Positions 1-9,011 of a stretch of DNA of 64,000 nt are shown piece by piece. Under the pieces are notes generated by a model. That model saw only the letters and a list, made by a program, of their open reading frames with translations, was not told the origin of the DNA and made no database searches. This stretch comes from a virus. Taxonomy: Duplodnaviria > Heunggongvirae > Uroviricota > Caudoviricetes. Each line of letters opens with the position of its first letter. The first letter of the stretch is position 1. The stretch spans positions 44,894 through 108,893 of the IMG/VR virus record IMGVR_UViG_3300008261_001827; one strand, given 5' to 3'. The position numbers and the translations under genes were made by a program.

Positions 1-1
1 A

Positions 2-541
2 TATAGAGTTGGAACCGCATATAACGGTGCTCTATGTCTTACTGAGATTAATGACATTGGCGCTCAGGTATCTGACACTCTTGTCATGGATTTTGGTTAT
101 GAAAATATGTTATACACAGAGAATAATGGCCGTGAAGGAAAGAGAATTTCTAACGGCTTTGGAAAAGTAACCGACACCGGAATTAGAACTACAAAATCTG
201 TAAAATCGGTTGGGTGTTCTATGCTTAAACTTTTAATTGAGCAGGATCAGTTACTCATTAGCGATTTCGAGACAATACAAGAGTTGTCGCGTTTCTCTAA
301 GAAACGCAACTCATACGAAGCAGAACCTGGGGCTCACGACGACTTGGTTATGAACCTTGTTCTTTTTGCATGGTTAACGAGTCAGGGATACTTTAAAGAA
401 GTCACAGATATAAATACACTGAGTAAGCTGAGAGATAAGACAGAAGAACAACTCAACGACGATCTTCTTCCGTTCGGCTTTATTGACATCGGTGATGAAC
501 TGCAAACTTCTCAGTGGAACCCAGTGAAGAGTTGGATGTAA
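2..541 (+). CDS. gp17: Terminase large subunit (gp17-like), C-terminal part; gene continues upstream of the window
   Basis: Frame is open from base 2 with no stop. HDDLVMNLVLFAWL nuclease-domain C-terminal motif. Lies immediately upstream of gp18, as in T4. Confidence 0.6.
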   Translation, partial: YRVGTAYNGALCLTEINDIGAQVSDTLVMDFGYENMLYTENNGREGKRISNGFGKVTDTGIRTTKSVKSVGCSMLKLLIEQDQLLISDFETIQELSRFSKKRNSYEAEPGAHDDLVMNLVLFAWLTSQGYFKEVTDINTLSKLRDKTEEQLNDDLLPFGFIDIGDELQTSQWNPVKSWM

Positions 542-552
542 ATCATTGTTTT

Positions 553-560
553 TATAAATA
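553..560 (+). promoter_or_regulatory. T4-type late promoter TATAAATA upstream of gp18
   Basis: Exact TATAAATA about 45 nt before the gp18 ATG. Confidence 0.5.
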
Positions 561-606
561 GACTAAGAACCTGATTGAAACATCTAATCACACAAAGGAG
601 AAAAAT

Positions 607-2466
607 ATGGTTTTTTCTGTAAGTCCATCTGTCATAGTTAGAGAAGTGGACGCCACCGCAGTAATTCCAGCAGTTGCGACTCCTCCTGCCGCAATCGCTG
701 GTGTATTTCGCTGGGGTCCAACTAACGAACGCATCTTAGTTACATCAGAAGACGAGCTTGCTGCTCGTTTTGGAAAACCTTTCGCAAACACAACGTGGCA
801 GAACCACGAAACATTTTTTGCCGCAGCTGACTTCCTATCATATTCGAACGCGCTCTATGTGACTCGCGTATCTTCGGTGTCAGCGGCCACAGCAACTGAT
901 ACTTACTTCTCCGCGAAACACGCCGGCGAAATTGGTAACAGCATTGAAGTTGCTATTACTTCATCAGCTTCTTTTTCTGACGTGCTTGCAGAAGTTGGCG
1001 ACGCAACTGGTACATTTGCGTTTAATTCGAACTCATTAAATCTATCACTCAATCTTGCAATTACGACAGCTCCACAAATAAATGACATCATTCGTGTTGG
1101 TAATCCTACGATAGGTTATCAAGATCTCGTCGTGTCTAACTATGTGGACAACGCCGCGAATAGCGCTCCATTTACTTACGATATAAGTTTTGAAAACAGA
1201 TATACTCTAGCTGAAACTGATATGGAAGAACTTAGCTTTGAAAGAAGATGGGGATATTCTAATCAAGTAAGCGCGGCACCTGCAAACAACACTCTTGTTC
1301 ATATCGCAGTTGTTGATAGGCTAGGCGGGTTTAGCGGTACCGTAGGATCTATTCTTGAACTATACGAGAACGTATCAATTTCTCCATCCGCAAAACTTCC
1401 AGACGGAACTACAAACTACTACGTTGACATATTGGCAAACCGTTCCGCATATATCAAAGCAATTGGGACCGATGCTGCACTAGGTGATAACATCCCATCC
1501 GCTGCGCTCACAGGAACGTTTGCATCTCCAATATATGAAGAATTCGCTGGCGGTAATGACGGCGATGGAGAAGCAGCAATTTCTCTTGGAAGAATTAGCC
1601 AAGGTTATGATCTTTACAAGGATCCTAATGAAGTTGATATCTCCGCACTTATAACAGGTAAGTCAACAAGTTCTAACCTTGCAAACTATCTAACGCAGAA
1701 CATAGCAGAGTCACGTAAAGACTGTGTCGTGTATGCATCTCCAACCTATGCCAACGTCGTAACTCCTGCCAATCCAACGGATAAGATGAATAACGCTATT
1801 ACATTTAGAAATAGCTGCACATCGTCATCCTATCTTGTGATTGATACTGGATATAAGTATCGTTACGACAAGTATAACGATACATACCGCTGGGTTCCGC
1901 TTAACGGTGACATCGCAGGTCTTTCAGCACGTATAGAATCTTGGGAATCTCCAGCAGGATACAAACGTGGTGTTATCAAGAATGTTGTAAAGCTTGCGTT
2001 CAATCCAAATAAAGCACAGAGAGATCAGCTATACGGAAACGACATCAATCCAGTTATTTCTCAGGTTGGCCAAGGTGTTCTTCTATTCGGTGATAAGACT
2101 GCTCTTGGAACTGCAACAGGAAGCGCATTCACTCGCATCAACGTTCGTAGACTCTTTATCACCGTTGAGAAAGCAATCGCAACTGTGGCTGCTTCGTTCC
2201 TCTTTGACTTCAACGACGAATTCACTCAGACTCAGTTTAAAAACTTGGTCGAGCCATTCCTTCGTGACATTCAAGGAAGAAGAGGTATCATAGACTTTAG
2301 AGTCGTCTCTGATGCTACAGTAAATACACCAGACGTAATCGACCGTAACATCTTTAGAGGCAACATCTTCATTAAGCCAGCGCGTTCAATCAACGTTATC
2401 GAGCTTACATTTGTTGCAACTAGAACTGGTGTAGAATTCGATGAAATCGTTGGTCAGCCACTCTAA
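607..2466 (+). CDS. gp18: Tail sheath protein
   Basis: 619 aa. Shares T4 gp18 motifs (FRWGP, YNDxxRWVPL..DIAGL, RINVRRLF, PARSIN..FVAT). SD AAAGGAG. T4 gene order. Confidence 0.9.
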   Translation: MVFSVSPSVIVREVDATAVIPAVATPPAAIAGVFRWGPTNERILVTSEDELAARFGKPFANTTWQNHETFFAAADFLSYSNALYVTRVSSVSAATATDTYFSAKHAGEIGNSIEVAITSSASFSDVLAEVGDATGTFAFNSNSLNLSLNLAITTAPQINDIIRVGNPTIGYQDLVVSNYVDNAANSAPFTYDISFENRYTLAETDMEELSFERRWGYSNQVSAAPANNTLVHIAVVDRLGGFSGTVGSILELYENVSISPSAKLPDGTTNYYVDILANRSAYIKAIGTDAALGDNIPSAALTGTFASPIYEEFAGGNDGDGEAAISLGRISQGYDLYKDPNEVDISALITGKSTSSNLANYLTQNIAESRKDCVVYASPTYANVVTPANPTDKMNNAITFRNSCTSSSYLVIDTGYKYRYDKYNDTYRWVPLNGDIAGLSARIESWESPAGYKRGVIKNVVKLAFNPNKAQRDQLYGNDINPVISQVGQGVLLFGDKTALGTATGSAFTRINVRRLFITVEKAIATVAASFLFDFNDEFTQTQFKNLVEPFLRDIQGRRGIIDFRVVSDATVNTPDVIDRNIFRGNIFIKPARSINVIELTFVATRTGVEFDEIVGQPL

Positions 2467-2491
2467 TAAATAAAGAAAAAGGAGTATAAAC

Positions 2492-3025
2492 ATGGCCTTC
2501 AATATAAACGAATTCAAATCACAACTAGTAGGAGGAGGAGCGAGACCATCGCTCTTCCAAGTCCAAATTACAAACCCAATCAATGCTATCGCTGACTTTA
2601 AAGTTCCTTTCATGGTAAGAGCAGCTGCTCTTCCTGAATCTAACGTAGGATCGTATCAGATACCATACTTTGGCCGTTTCATAAAGTATGCAGGTGACAG
2701 AACATTCGCAGACTGGACAGTATCCATCATTAACGACGAAGACTTCCTTATTCGCAATGCAATGGAAGCTTGGTCGAACGCGATTAACTCTCACGACTCA
2801 AATTCGAGAGCTCTTCCGCAGACATATAAGTCAAACGCGATCATAACACAGTACAGCAAAGATGGTAGACCTCTTCGTACATACGTGTTCGAAGGAATAT
2901 ATCCTATTGCCATCGGAGCGATACCAATGGCGTGGGAATCAACCGACCAGATTGAAAACTTTGATGTTACTTTCCAGTACGACATGTGGAGAGTTGAGGG
3001 CGCTACTGGCATTTCAACTACTTAA
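2492..3025 (+). CDS. gp19: Tail tube protein
   Basis: 177 aa. ARPSLFQV and AGDRTFADWTV match T4 gp19 (ARPNLFQV, AGDRTFDDWTV). SD AAAAGGAG. Confidence 0.9.
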   Translation: MAFNINEFKSQLVGGGARPSLFQVQITNPINAIADFKVPFMVRAAALPESNVGSYQIPYFGRFIKYAGDRTFADWTVSIINDEDFLIRNAMEAWSNAINSHDSNSRALPQTYKSNAIITQYSKDGRPLRTYVFEGIYPIAIGAIPMAWESTDQIENFDVTFQYDMWRVEGATGISTT

Positions 3026-3041
3026 TTATAGGATGTAAAAT

Positions 3042-4706
3042 TTGCGTATCTTTGGCTTTGAGATAAAGAGAGACATCGGCGGTGCCGAAGAAGAAAAAGC
3101 TGTCTCCTTTGTAGAACCTAATAACGACGAAGGTGCGATCACCATAGGAAACTCTTTAGGAGGATCCTATGGTATCGCCATCAACATGGAAGGCGACGCC
3201 AAAACAGAAGGCGAACTCGTCACCAAGTATCGTGGAATGATGATGCAGCCAGAGATAGGTCAGGCAGTTGATGAGGTAGTTAACGAGGCGATCAATATTG
3301 ATACGCACGAAAACGCTGTAGAGGTAGTTCTAGACGACACTGAACTTCCTGATAAAGTAAAGGATCGAATCGTCGAAGAGTTTGAAGAAGTACTTCGTCT
3401 TCTTGACTTTTCGAACTATGGGTACGATATCTTTCAGAAGTTCTACGTAGACGGTCGTCTTAACTATCATATCATTATCGATAATGAAAACATTAAAGAC
3501 GGTATTAAAGAAATACGATACATCGATCCTCGCAAACTTCGTCTCGTAAAAGAAATGGACGAGAAGGCGAAAGATCCACATTCAGGTATTCCTCTTAAAA
3601 AGATTAAGAAAGAGTACTATCTCTATTCAGATGCTGGCTTTGGTTCGAAGTCAGTTTCAAACAACATTCATTCTGGGCAAACGGTACAAGGCTATCGCAT
3701 TGCGAAGGATTCCGTTGCTAGAGTAACGTCAGGACTAATGAATGAAACGAACTCATTGGTCCTATCGTATCTTCATCCTGCGATCAAACCGTTAAACCAA
3801 CTTCGTATGCTAGAAGATGCTACGGTTATCTATACGATCACCCGTGCTCCAGAAAGAAGAATATTCTATATCGACGTAGGACAACTTCCTAAAGCAAAGG
3901 CCGAGCAGTACCTACACGATATGATGACTCGTCATAAGAATAAACTTCAGTATGACTCTGATAGCGGCGACATTACAGACGGTCGCAAGTTTATGACTAT
4001 GACTGAAGACTTTTGGTTTCCTCGTAGAGGTGGCGAGAGATCAACTGAAGTTGATATTCTTGCGGGAGGAAGCGCACAGGCTCTTAGCCAAGATGAAAAC
4101 CTTCAGTACTTCCAAAGAAAACTGTATAAGTCTCTAAAGGTTCCGATATCTCGTCTAGAACCAGAAACTATGTATAGCTTTGGAAGAGTCTCAGAAACTA
4201 CACGTGACGAACTCAAGTTTGGCAAATTCATTCGCCGTCTAAGAGCTCGTTTCTCTGGTCTATTTGATCTTCTTCTAGAAAAGCAACTCATACTTAAAGG
4301 TATCCTAGATCCTGAAGAATGGGCTGAAGTTAAAGATAAGATCCGCTATGACTTTATGAAGGACAACTACTTTGAGGAACTCAAGCAGACTGAAATTCTT
4401 CGTGAAAAAGTCAATATGCTAAAGGATATAGAAGAGCAGATCGGTAAGTATTACTCTCGTGAGTGGGTCGTTAAGAATGTTCTGTTCATGACTGACGACG
4501 AAATGAGAGAGATGCAGAAACAGATGGATAAAGAGAAAGCAGCTGGTCTATACGATATAGAAATGCCTGGCGATCAACCACCTGACCAAGATCAACAGCC
4601 TCCTGCAGATCAACAGCAGCCTCCACAGGACGATCTAGAGGCAGAAGAATCATTAAAAGTTATAAATAACAGAATAAAACCATTCAAAAGAGGGCTCAAC
4701 AAATGA
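3042..4706 (+). CDS. gp20: Portal vertex protein (TTG start inferred; the true start may differ slightly)
   Basis: 554 aa, collinear with T4 gp20 (IKPLNQLRMLEDATVIYTITRAPERR, MTMTEDFW, TRDELKFGKFIRRL). Acidic Q/P-rich C-terminus. Confidence 0.88.
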   Translation: MRIFGFEIKRDIGGAEEEKAVSFVEPNNDEGAITIGNSLGGSYGIAINMEGDAKTEGELVTKYRGMMMQPEIGQAVDEVVNEAINIDTHENAVEVVLDDTELPDKVKDRIVEEFEEVLRLLDFSNYGYDIFQKFYVDGRLNYHIIIDNENIKDGIKEIRYIDPRKLRLVKEMDEKAKDPHSGIPLKKIKKEYYLYSDAGFGSKSVSNNIHSGQTVQGYRIAKDSVARVTSGLMNETNSLVLSYLHPAIKPLNQLRMLEDATVIYTITRAPERRIFYIDVGQLPKAKAEQYLHDMMTRHKNKLQYDSDSGDITDGRKFMTMTEDFWFPRRGGERSTEVDILAGGSAQALSQDENLQYFQRKLYKSLKVPISRLEPETMYSFGRVSETTRDELKFGKFIRRLRARFSGLFDLLLEKQLILKGILDPEEWAEVKDKIRYDFMKDNYFEELKQTEILREKVNMLKDIEEQIGKYYSREWVVKNVLFMTDDEMREMQKQMDKEKAAGLYDIEMPGDQPPDQDQQPPADQQQPPQDDLEAEESLKVINNRIKPFKRGLNK

Positions 4707-7018
4707 AGACTCTACGTCAGATAATATCAGAGGTCGCGCAGCCAAAGGCCGGTGACGAGAAAGATTTCAAAGATAAACATATCATTGATAAGGTAGATCA
4801 TCCTGTTGCCCCTGATCACGCGTTTACTGGAAATACAAAAAAGGCGCCTAAGCGCAGAGCAGACTACGATAAGGGCGAAGATGAGACTGTCTACGAAGGT
4901 AGCTTTGATGTTCCTACCGCTGAAGGTGGTGAGCACGATACCGAGGACAGCCATGTAAAGTATAAGAAGGGAAATAAGCCTTCTAAATCTGTTAACGAAG
5001 CAGTGTTTGTAATTCCTGAAGAAATCCTTGCAACTGAAAAGAATGCGTTCCACACCGCTGCTGCAAACGCTCACAAGTCAGGTGCAAAGCACTTTGCCTT
5101 TGGTGGCAAGAAGTATCCAGTCACGATGTCGAAGGATGCTGCTAGCACATTCGCTGGTAAGGGTTCCATGAAGAAGGAAGCAATGGATCCGGTCGGCAAA
5201 GAAGATGGTGACATTGATAACGACGGTGATAAGGATAAATCAGATAAGTATCTTCACAATCGTCGTAAAGCGATTGGCAAAGCTATTCGTAAAGAAGAAG
5301 TTGAACTCGACGAAGCAACCTTCTCTATGGATATCGATGGCAATTATAAGAAAAACGCCGCCTCAGGTGCGTTAAATGCAGGTCTTAAGATTAATTTTAA
5401 GCAGCACGGCGGTGCCACAGAAATGATTCTTATGGGTGATAAAGATAAGATTACAAAATTCTTAAAAGCTCGTAAGGTTCCATCTGCAGAAATAAACAAC
5501 GGTTTTGTAAAAGAAGAAGCCGAAGAACTCGATGAGATCTCTCGCGACCTTGCTCGTAGATATATTCGTAAAGTTGCTGACAAAACCAACACAGGCGAAT
5601 TAAGCACTAAGGAAGTCATGAAGCGTAGACCTGGTGTAAATCTTGCTGGCAAAAAAGCATACCCTGGGGTTGCTGGTGAACCAAAGGTTCGCGCTACCGA
5701 GAGTGTAGAGCTGGATGAAATTAGTAAGAAGACTCTTGGTTCATATATCAAGAAAGCTAATATAAGCGCTATGGATCAGGCTAGAAAGTCTGGAGAATAT
5801 AATAACCCAGATCAACCAAAGAATTTTAGCAAAGCTATGGACAGAATGCGCGGTATTAAAAAGGCAACTGATAAACTCGTTGCTAAAGAAGAAGTCGAAC
5901 AACTCGACGAGCTTTCTCCAAACACTCTACATAGCTACATCAAGAAAGCTGCTGGTAATATGGCAGGTAATGCTGCTGTTGCTGCTGCTCAGGCATCTTC
6001 ATCGATGAAGAAGTCAAGTCCAGATGTAAAGCGTAAGATCAAGAACCGTATGATGGGTATATCTGGCGCTTCTGGTCGTCTCGCTGATAAAGCAAACATG
6101 GCAGAAGACGCATACGAAGAAATTCCGATGATGATGAGCCAACTTGAGTTCATTTGCTACGCAGCGGAAGAGATCATGGACTACCTCGATATGGGGATAG
6201 ACCCAGAAGAGTGGTATCAAAACAAGCTATCAAATGCTTATCAGACAATGATGTCTCTATACTCTTATGCTCGTGGCGAGATGAGAATGACATCTAGATC
6301 TGGCGGAAGCGGATACTATGACGACATGTATGGAGAAGAAGTCGAGCAGATTGATGAGATTTCGCAAGACAAACTTCGCGACTATCACGCTGCGGCTGCT
6401 TTAGATCTTAAGAAGAAAAGAGAGAAGCTAGATAAAGGCACTCTAACTTCTAAAGACTATAAGCAAGGACAGAACCGTGTAACTGGCCTAAACAGATCCG
6501 CAAACAAGATGGAAGAAGTTGAACTCGAAGAAGATATAACAAAAATGTCTCACGGGCGTCTTAAGTGGCATATGAATAGTGGCGTACCACATGGTAGCTA
6601 CACTAAAGACGAAATGAAAAAAGAAAGAGATCGTCGTTTAAAGACAGATCCTATGGGCTATCGCTCAGCAAAGGCTGGTCTTAACGAAGTAACACATACT
6701 GCTCTTAAAAAGACTATTTCTTATACGGACTCACAAGGAAAGAGCAGAACGAGAAACGTTCCGATCTCAAACGTAGATCGCGATGCAGACGGTGAAGAAA
6801 AGATCCGAGAGTCTGTAGAACTTACAGAAGTATTCAACCAAGGTATCGTAAAACTTAAGGACGGATCATCTGTAATACTTAAGAAGGAAGACGCCGATCT
6901 TCTAAATCAAATGCTTAAGGATCTTTCTTCCGCAAATCGTAAAAAAATGGAAGAAGTCGCAATGAAAGATAAGACTGGATTTAACGAAATCCTTAGCTTT
7001 GCGAGGGAAGCACTATGA
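4703..7018 (+). CDS. Large repeat protein in the gp67/gp68 prohead-core slot; candidate polyprotein with about 8 gp21-type (L/I-x-E) repeat junctions
   Basis: 771 aa. Start overlaps the gp20 stop (ATGA). N-terminus MKTLRQIISE resembles a capsid-targeting leader. Repeated EEVELDE-[IL]S-xxx-L-xxY-IKKA modules about 70-100 aa apart. Confidence 0.6.
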   Translation: MKTLRQIISEVAQPKAGDEKDFKDKHIIDKVDHPVAPDHAFTGNTKKAPKRRADYDKGEDETVYEGSFDVPTAEGGEHDTEDSHVKYKKGNKPSKSVNEAVFVIPEEILATEKNAFHTAAANAHKSGAKHFAFGGKKYPVTMSKDAASTFAGKGSMKKEAMDPVGKEDGDIDNDGDKDKSDKYLHNRRKAIGKAIRKEEVELDEATFSMDIDGNYKKNAASGALNAGLKINFKQHGGATEMILMGDKDKITKFLKARKVPSAEINNGFVKEEAEELDEISRDLARRYIRKVADKTNTGELSTKEVMKRRPGVNLAGKKAYPGVAGEPKVRATESVELDEISKKTLGSYIKKANISAMDQARKSGEYNNPDQPKNFSKAMDRMRGIKKATDKLVAKEEVEQLDELSPNTLHSYIKKAAGNMAGNAAVAAAQASSSMKKSSPDVKRKIKNRMMGISGASGRLADKANMAEDAYEEIPMMMSQLEFICYAAEEIMDYLDMGIDPEEWYQNKLSNAYQTMMSLYSYARGEMRMTSRSGGSGYYDDMYGEEVEQIDEISQDKLRDYHAAAALDLKKKREKLDKGTLTSKDYKQGQNRVTGLNRSANKMEEVELEEDITKMSHGRLKWHMNSGVPHGSYTKDEMKKERDRRLKTDPMGYRSAKAGLNEVTHTALKKTISYTDSQGKSRTRNVPISNVDRDADGEEKIRESVELTEVFNQGIVKLKDGSSVILKKEDADLLNQMLKDLSSANRKKMEEVAMKDKTGFNEILSFAREAL

Positions 7019-7254
7019 TACTTAAAGCTTTAAACACTGAACTATCATTCACATCTGCAAACACCGTATACGACTCAAAACTAGTTCGTATCTATGCGGC
7101 TGCAAATTCAGTCATCACAGTTACTAGTGCGACGAATCCAACAGCAACGTTCACGATGCCGCAAGGGACGATAGAAATTCTAGAAAAACTTTCTACAGAT
7201 ACGATTGCAGGATCGACCACCATTAAATGCACTCCAGTTTCATATAAGAATTAA
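7015..7254 (+). CDS. Hypothetical 79-aa protein (gp67-sized, prohead-core position)
   Basis: ATGA coupling to the upstream gene. SD GAGGGAAG. Sits between the portal and protease genes. Confidence 0.45.
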   Translation: MILKALNTELSFTSANTVYDSKLVRIYAAANSVITVTSATNPTATFTMPQGTIEILEKLSTDTIAGSTTIKCTPVSYKN

Positions 7255-7257
7255 AAT

Positions 7258-7265
7258 TATAAATA
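7258..7265 (+). promoter_or_regulatory. T4-type late promoter TATAAATA upstream of gp21
   Basis: Exact TATAAATA 19 nt before the gp21 ATG. Confidence 0.55.
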
Positions 7266-7283
7266 AAATAAAGGAGATTAGAT

Positions 7284-7958
7284 ATGAAACTGATTACAGA
7301 AACAATCGAAGAAGTTCAAGTTGTCACTGAGGCAAACGAGAACGAGCCAAAGCAGTACTTCATCGAAGGTATCTTCATGCAGGGCGATATCAAGAATCGC
7401 AACGGACGCATATACCCTTCAACAATTCTTGAAAAAGAAATGATGAGATATGAGGATCAGTTCATCAAGACAAAGAGAGCTCTTGGCGAACTTGGACACC
7501 CAGACGGACCGCAGATAAACGGTGATCGTGTCTCTCACCTCATCACAGATATGAAGCGTGACGGATCGAACTTCGTTGGTAAAGCAAAGATACTTAGCAC
7601 ACCAATGGGTAACATCGTAAAAACTTTTATCGATGAAGGTGTAAAGGTTGGTGTATCTACTCGTGGTCTTGGTTCTGTTAAACCAACTAAAGAAGGTATC
7701 ATGGAAGTTCAGAACGACTTCCATCTTGCTACTGTAGATATCGTTACGGATCCTTCGGGTCCAAACTGTTTTGTTAACGGAATCATGGAAAATACAGAGT
7801 ATTTCTACGACATAGTTTCCGGAACTTGGAGAGCCCAGCAGATGATCGAAGAGGCCGTGAAGGAAGTGAAGAAAACGTATAAGAGAACTGAAAGAAAGAT
7901 TGACGAAGCGTTTGCTGCTCGTCTCTTTGAAAACTTCGTTCGTTCTCTGAAGAAATAA
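7284..7958 (+). CDS. gp21: Prohead core protease
   Basis: 224 aa. YFIEGIFMQ, RIYP..ILEKE, ALGELGHP and STRGLGS match T4 gp21. Confidence 0.9.
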   Translation: MKLITETIEEVQVVTEANENEPKQYFIEGIFMQGDIKNRNGRIYPSTILEKEMMRYEDQFIKTKRALGELGHPDGPQINGDRVSHLITDMKRDGSNFVGKAKILSTPMGNIVKTFIDEGVKVGVSTRGLGSVKPTKEGIMEVQNDFHLATVDIVTDPSGPNCFVNGIMENTEYFYDIVSGTWRAQQMIEEAVKEVKKTYKRTERKIDEAFAARLFENFVRSLKK

Positions 7959-7962
7959 GTTT

Positions 7963-7970
7963 TATAAATA
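7963..7970 (+). promoter_or_regulatory. T4-type late promoter TATAAATA upstream of gp22
   Basis: Exact TATAAATA. It overlaps the first in-frame ATG (7970), which argues for the ATG at 8009 as the real start. Confidence 0.55.
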
Positions 7971-8008
7971 TGGATATGAAACACGAATCCATTAAAAGGA
8001 GAGTAAAT

Positions 8009-8953
8009 ATGTCAAAGTTAGAAGAAAAATTTGTAAGCGATGACGGTGTCTCTACGGTTCCTGATGCTGTTACACCAGAAGGTGGAGAAGTTAAGGCACG
8101 TAGAGGAGACGTAAAGAAAGCTGTCGATCCAAAGGCAGGTTCTGTTGCAAAGCCTCCAGTTTCCGAGTCAGAAGAAACTGAAGAAGAAGTAATCGAAGAA
8201 GAAGTTGTTTCTATTGAAGAATCAATTTCTAGCATGTTCGAAGGTATCGATCTTTCAGAAGAATTCAGATCAAAGGTAACGCTCGTATTCGAAGCAGCTG
8301 TAAATGAAGCAGCTCAGATTCGTATAAACGAAGCAACCGCAGCTCTTGAAGAAGAATTCGAACAAAAGCTTACAGAATCCGTTAGCGAAGCTATGGATGA
8401 AATCGTAGAGAATCTAGACTCATACCTCGACTATGTAGTAGAAGAGTGGATGAAAGAGAACGAAGTTGCTATCGAAGCTGGTATCAAAGTTGAGATGGCT
8501 GAGTCCCTAATGAGTGGACTTAAAGAACTATTCACTGAGCACAACATCGATATCGACGATGAGACTCTAGATGTAGTTGCTGGCCTAGAAGAGCACAACG
8601 CTTCTCTAGCGGATCAGGCAAACGAAGTGATCAACGAAAACATCGAGCTTAAGAAGACTATTGTTGCTCTTAAGGCTGATAAAGTTTTTGAAGAAGTTTC
8701 AGAAGGACTCACCGTTTCTCAGAAAGAAAGACTAAGAGTTCTATCAGAAAAGCTTGACGCTGATAACGTCGATGGCTATAAGTCAGATCTTGAAACTCTT
8801 AAGGAATCTTTCTTTAAGACTAAGAAATCTCAAGTGATCAACGAAGAAGCAGAAGAAGTTCTTACTGAAGAAGTGGCAGTTAAAAAGCCAGCATCTTCGT
8901 ATTCAACCGTCAATGCCATCGTTGAAGCACTAAACAAGAAAACTGTTAAGTGA
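8009..8953 (+). CDS. gp22: Prohead core scaffold protein
   Basis: Highly acidic, coiled-coil-rich, about 315 aa. Lies between gp21 and gp23. SD AAGGAG 7 nt upstream of the ATG at 8009. Confidence 0.75.
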   Translation: MSKLEEKFVSDDGVSTVPDAVTPEGGEVKARRGDVKKAVDPKAGSVAKPPVSESEETEEEVIEEEVVSIEESISSMFEGIDLSEEFRSKVTLVFEAAVNEAAQIRINEATAALEEEFEQKLTESVSEAMDEIVENLDSYLDYVVEEWMKENEVAIEAGIKVEMAESLMSGLKELFTEHNIDIDDETLDVVAGLEEHNASLADQANEVINENIELKKTIVALKADKVFEEVSEGLTVSQKERLRVLSEKLDADNVDGYKSDLETLKESFFKTKKSQVINEEAEEVLTEEVAVKKPASSYSTVNAIVEALNKKTVK

Positions 8954-8965
8954 AAAAAACAAAAT

Positions 8966-8973
8966 TATAAATA
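8966..8973 (+). promoter_or_regulatory. T4-type late promoter TATAAATA upstream of gp23
   Basis: Exact TATAAATA about 40 nt before the gp23 ATG. Confidence 0.55.
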
Positions 8974-9011
8974 AAACCAGAAAATAACAACAGCCAAAGG
9001 AGAGACAGCAA

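Noticed and set aside
5344-5751. 135-aa minus-strand ORF inside the 771-aa gene
   Set aside because: Antisense shadow frame within a plus-strand late structural module. Ser/Leu-rich.
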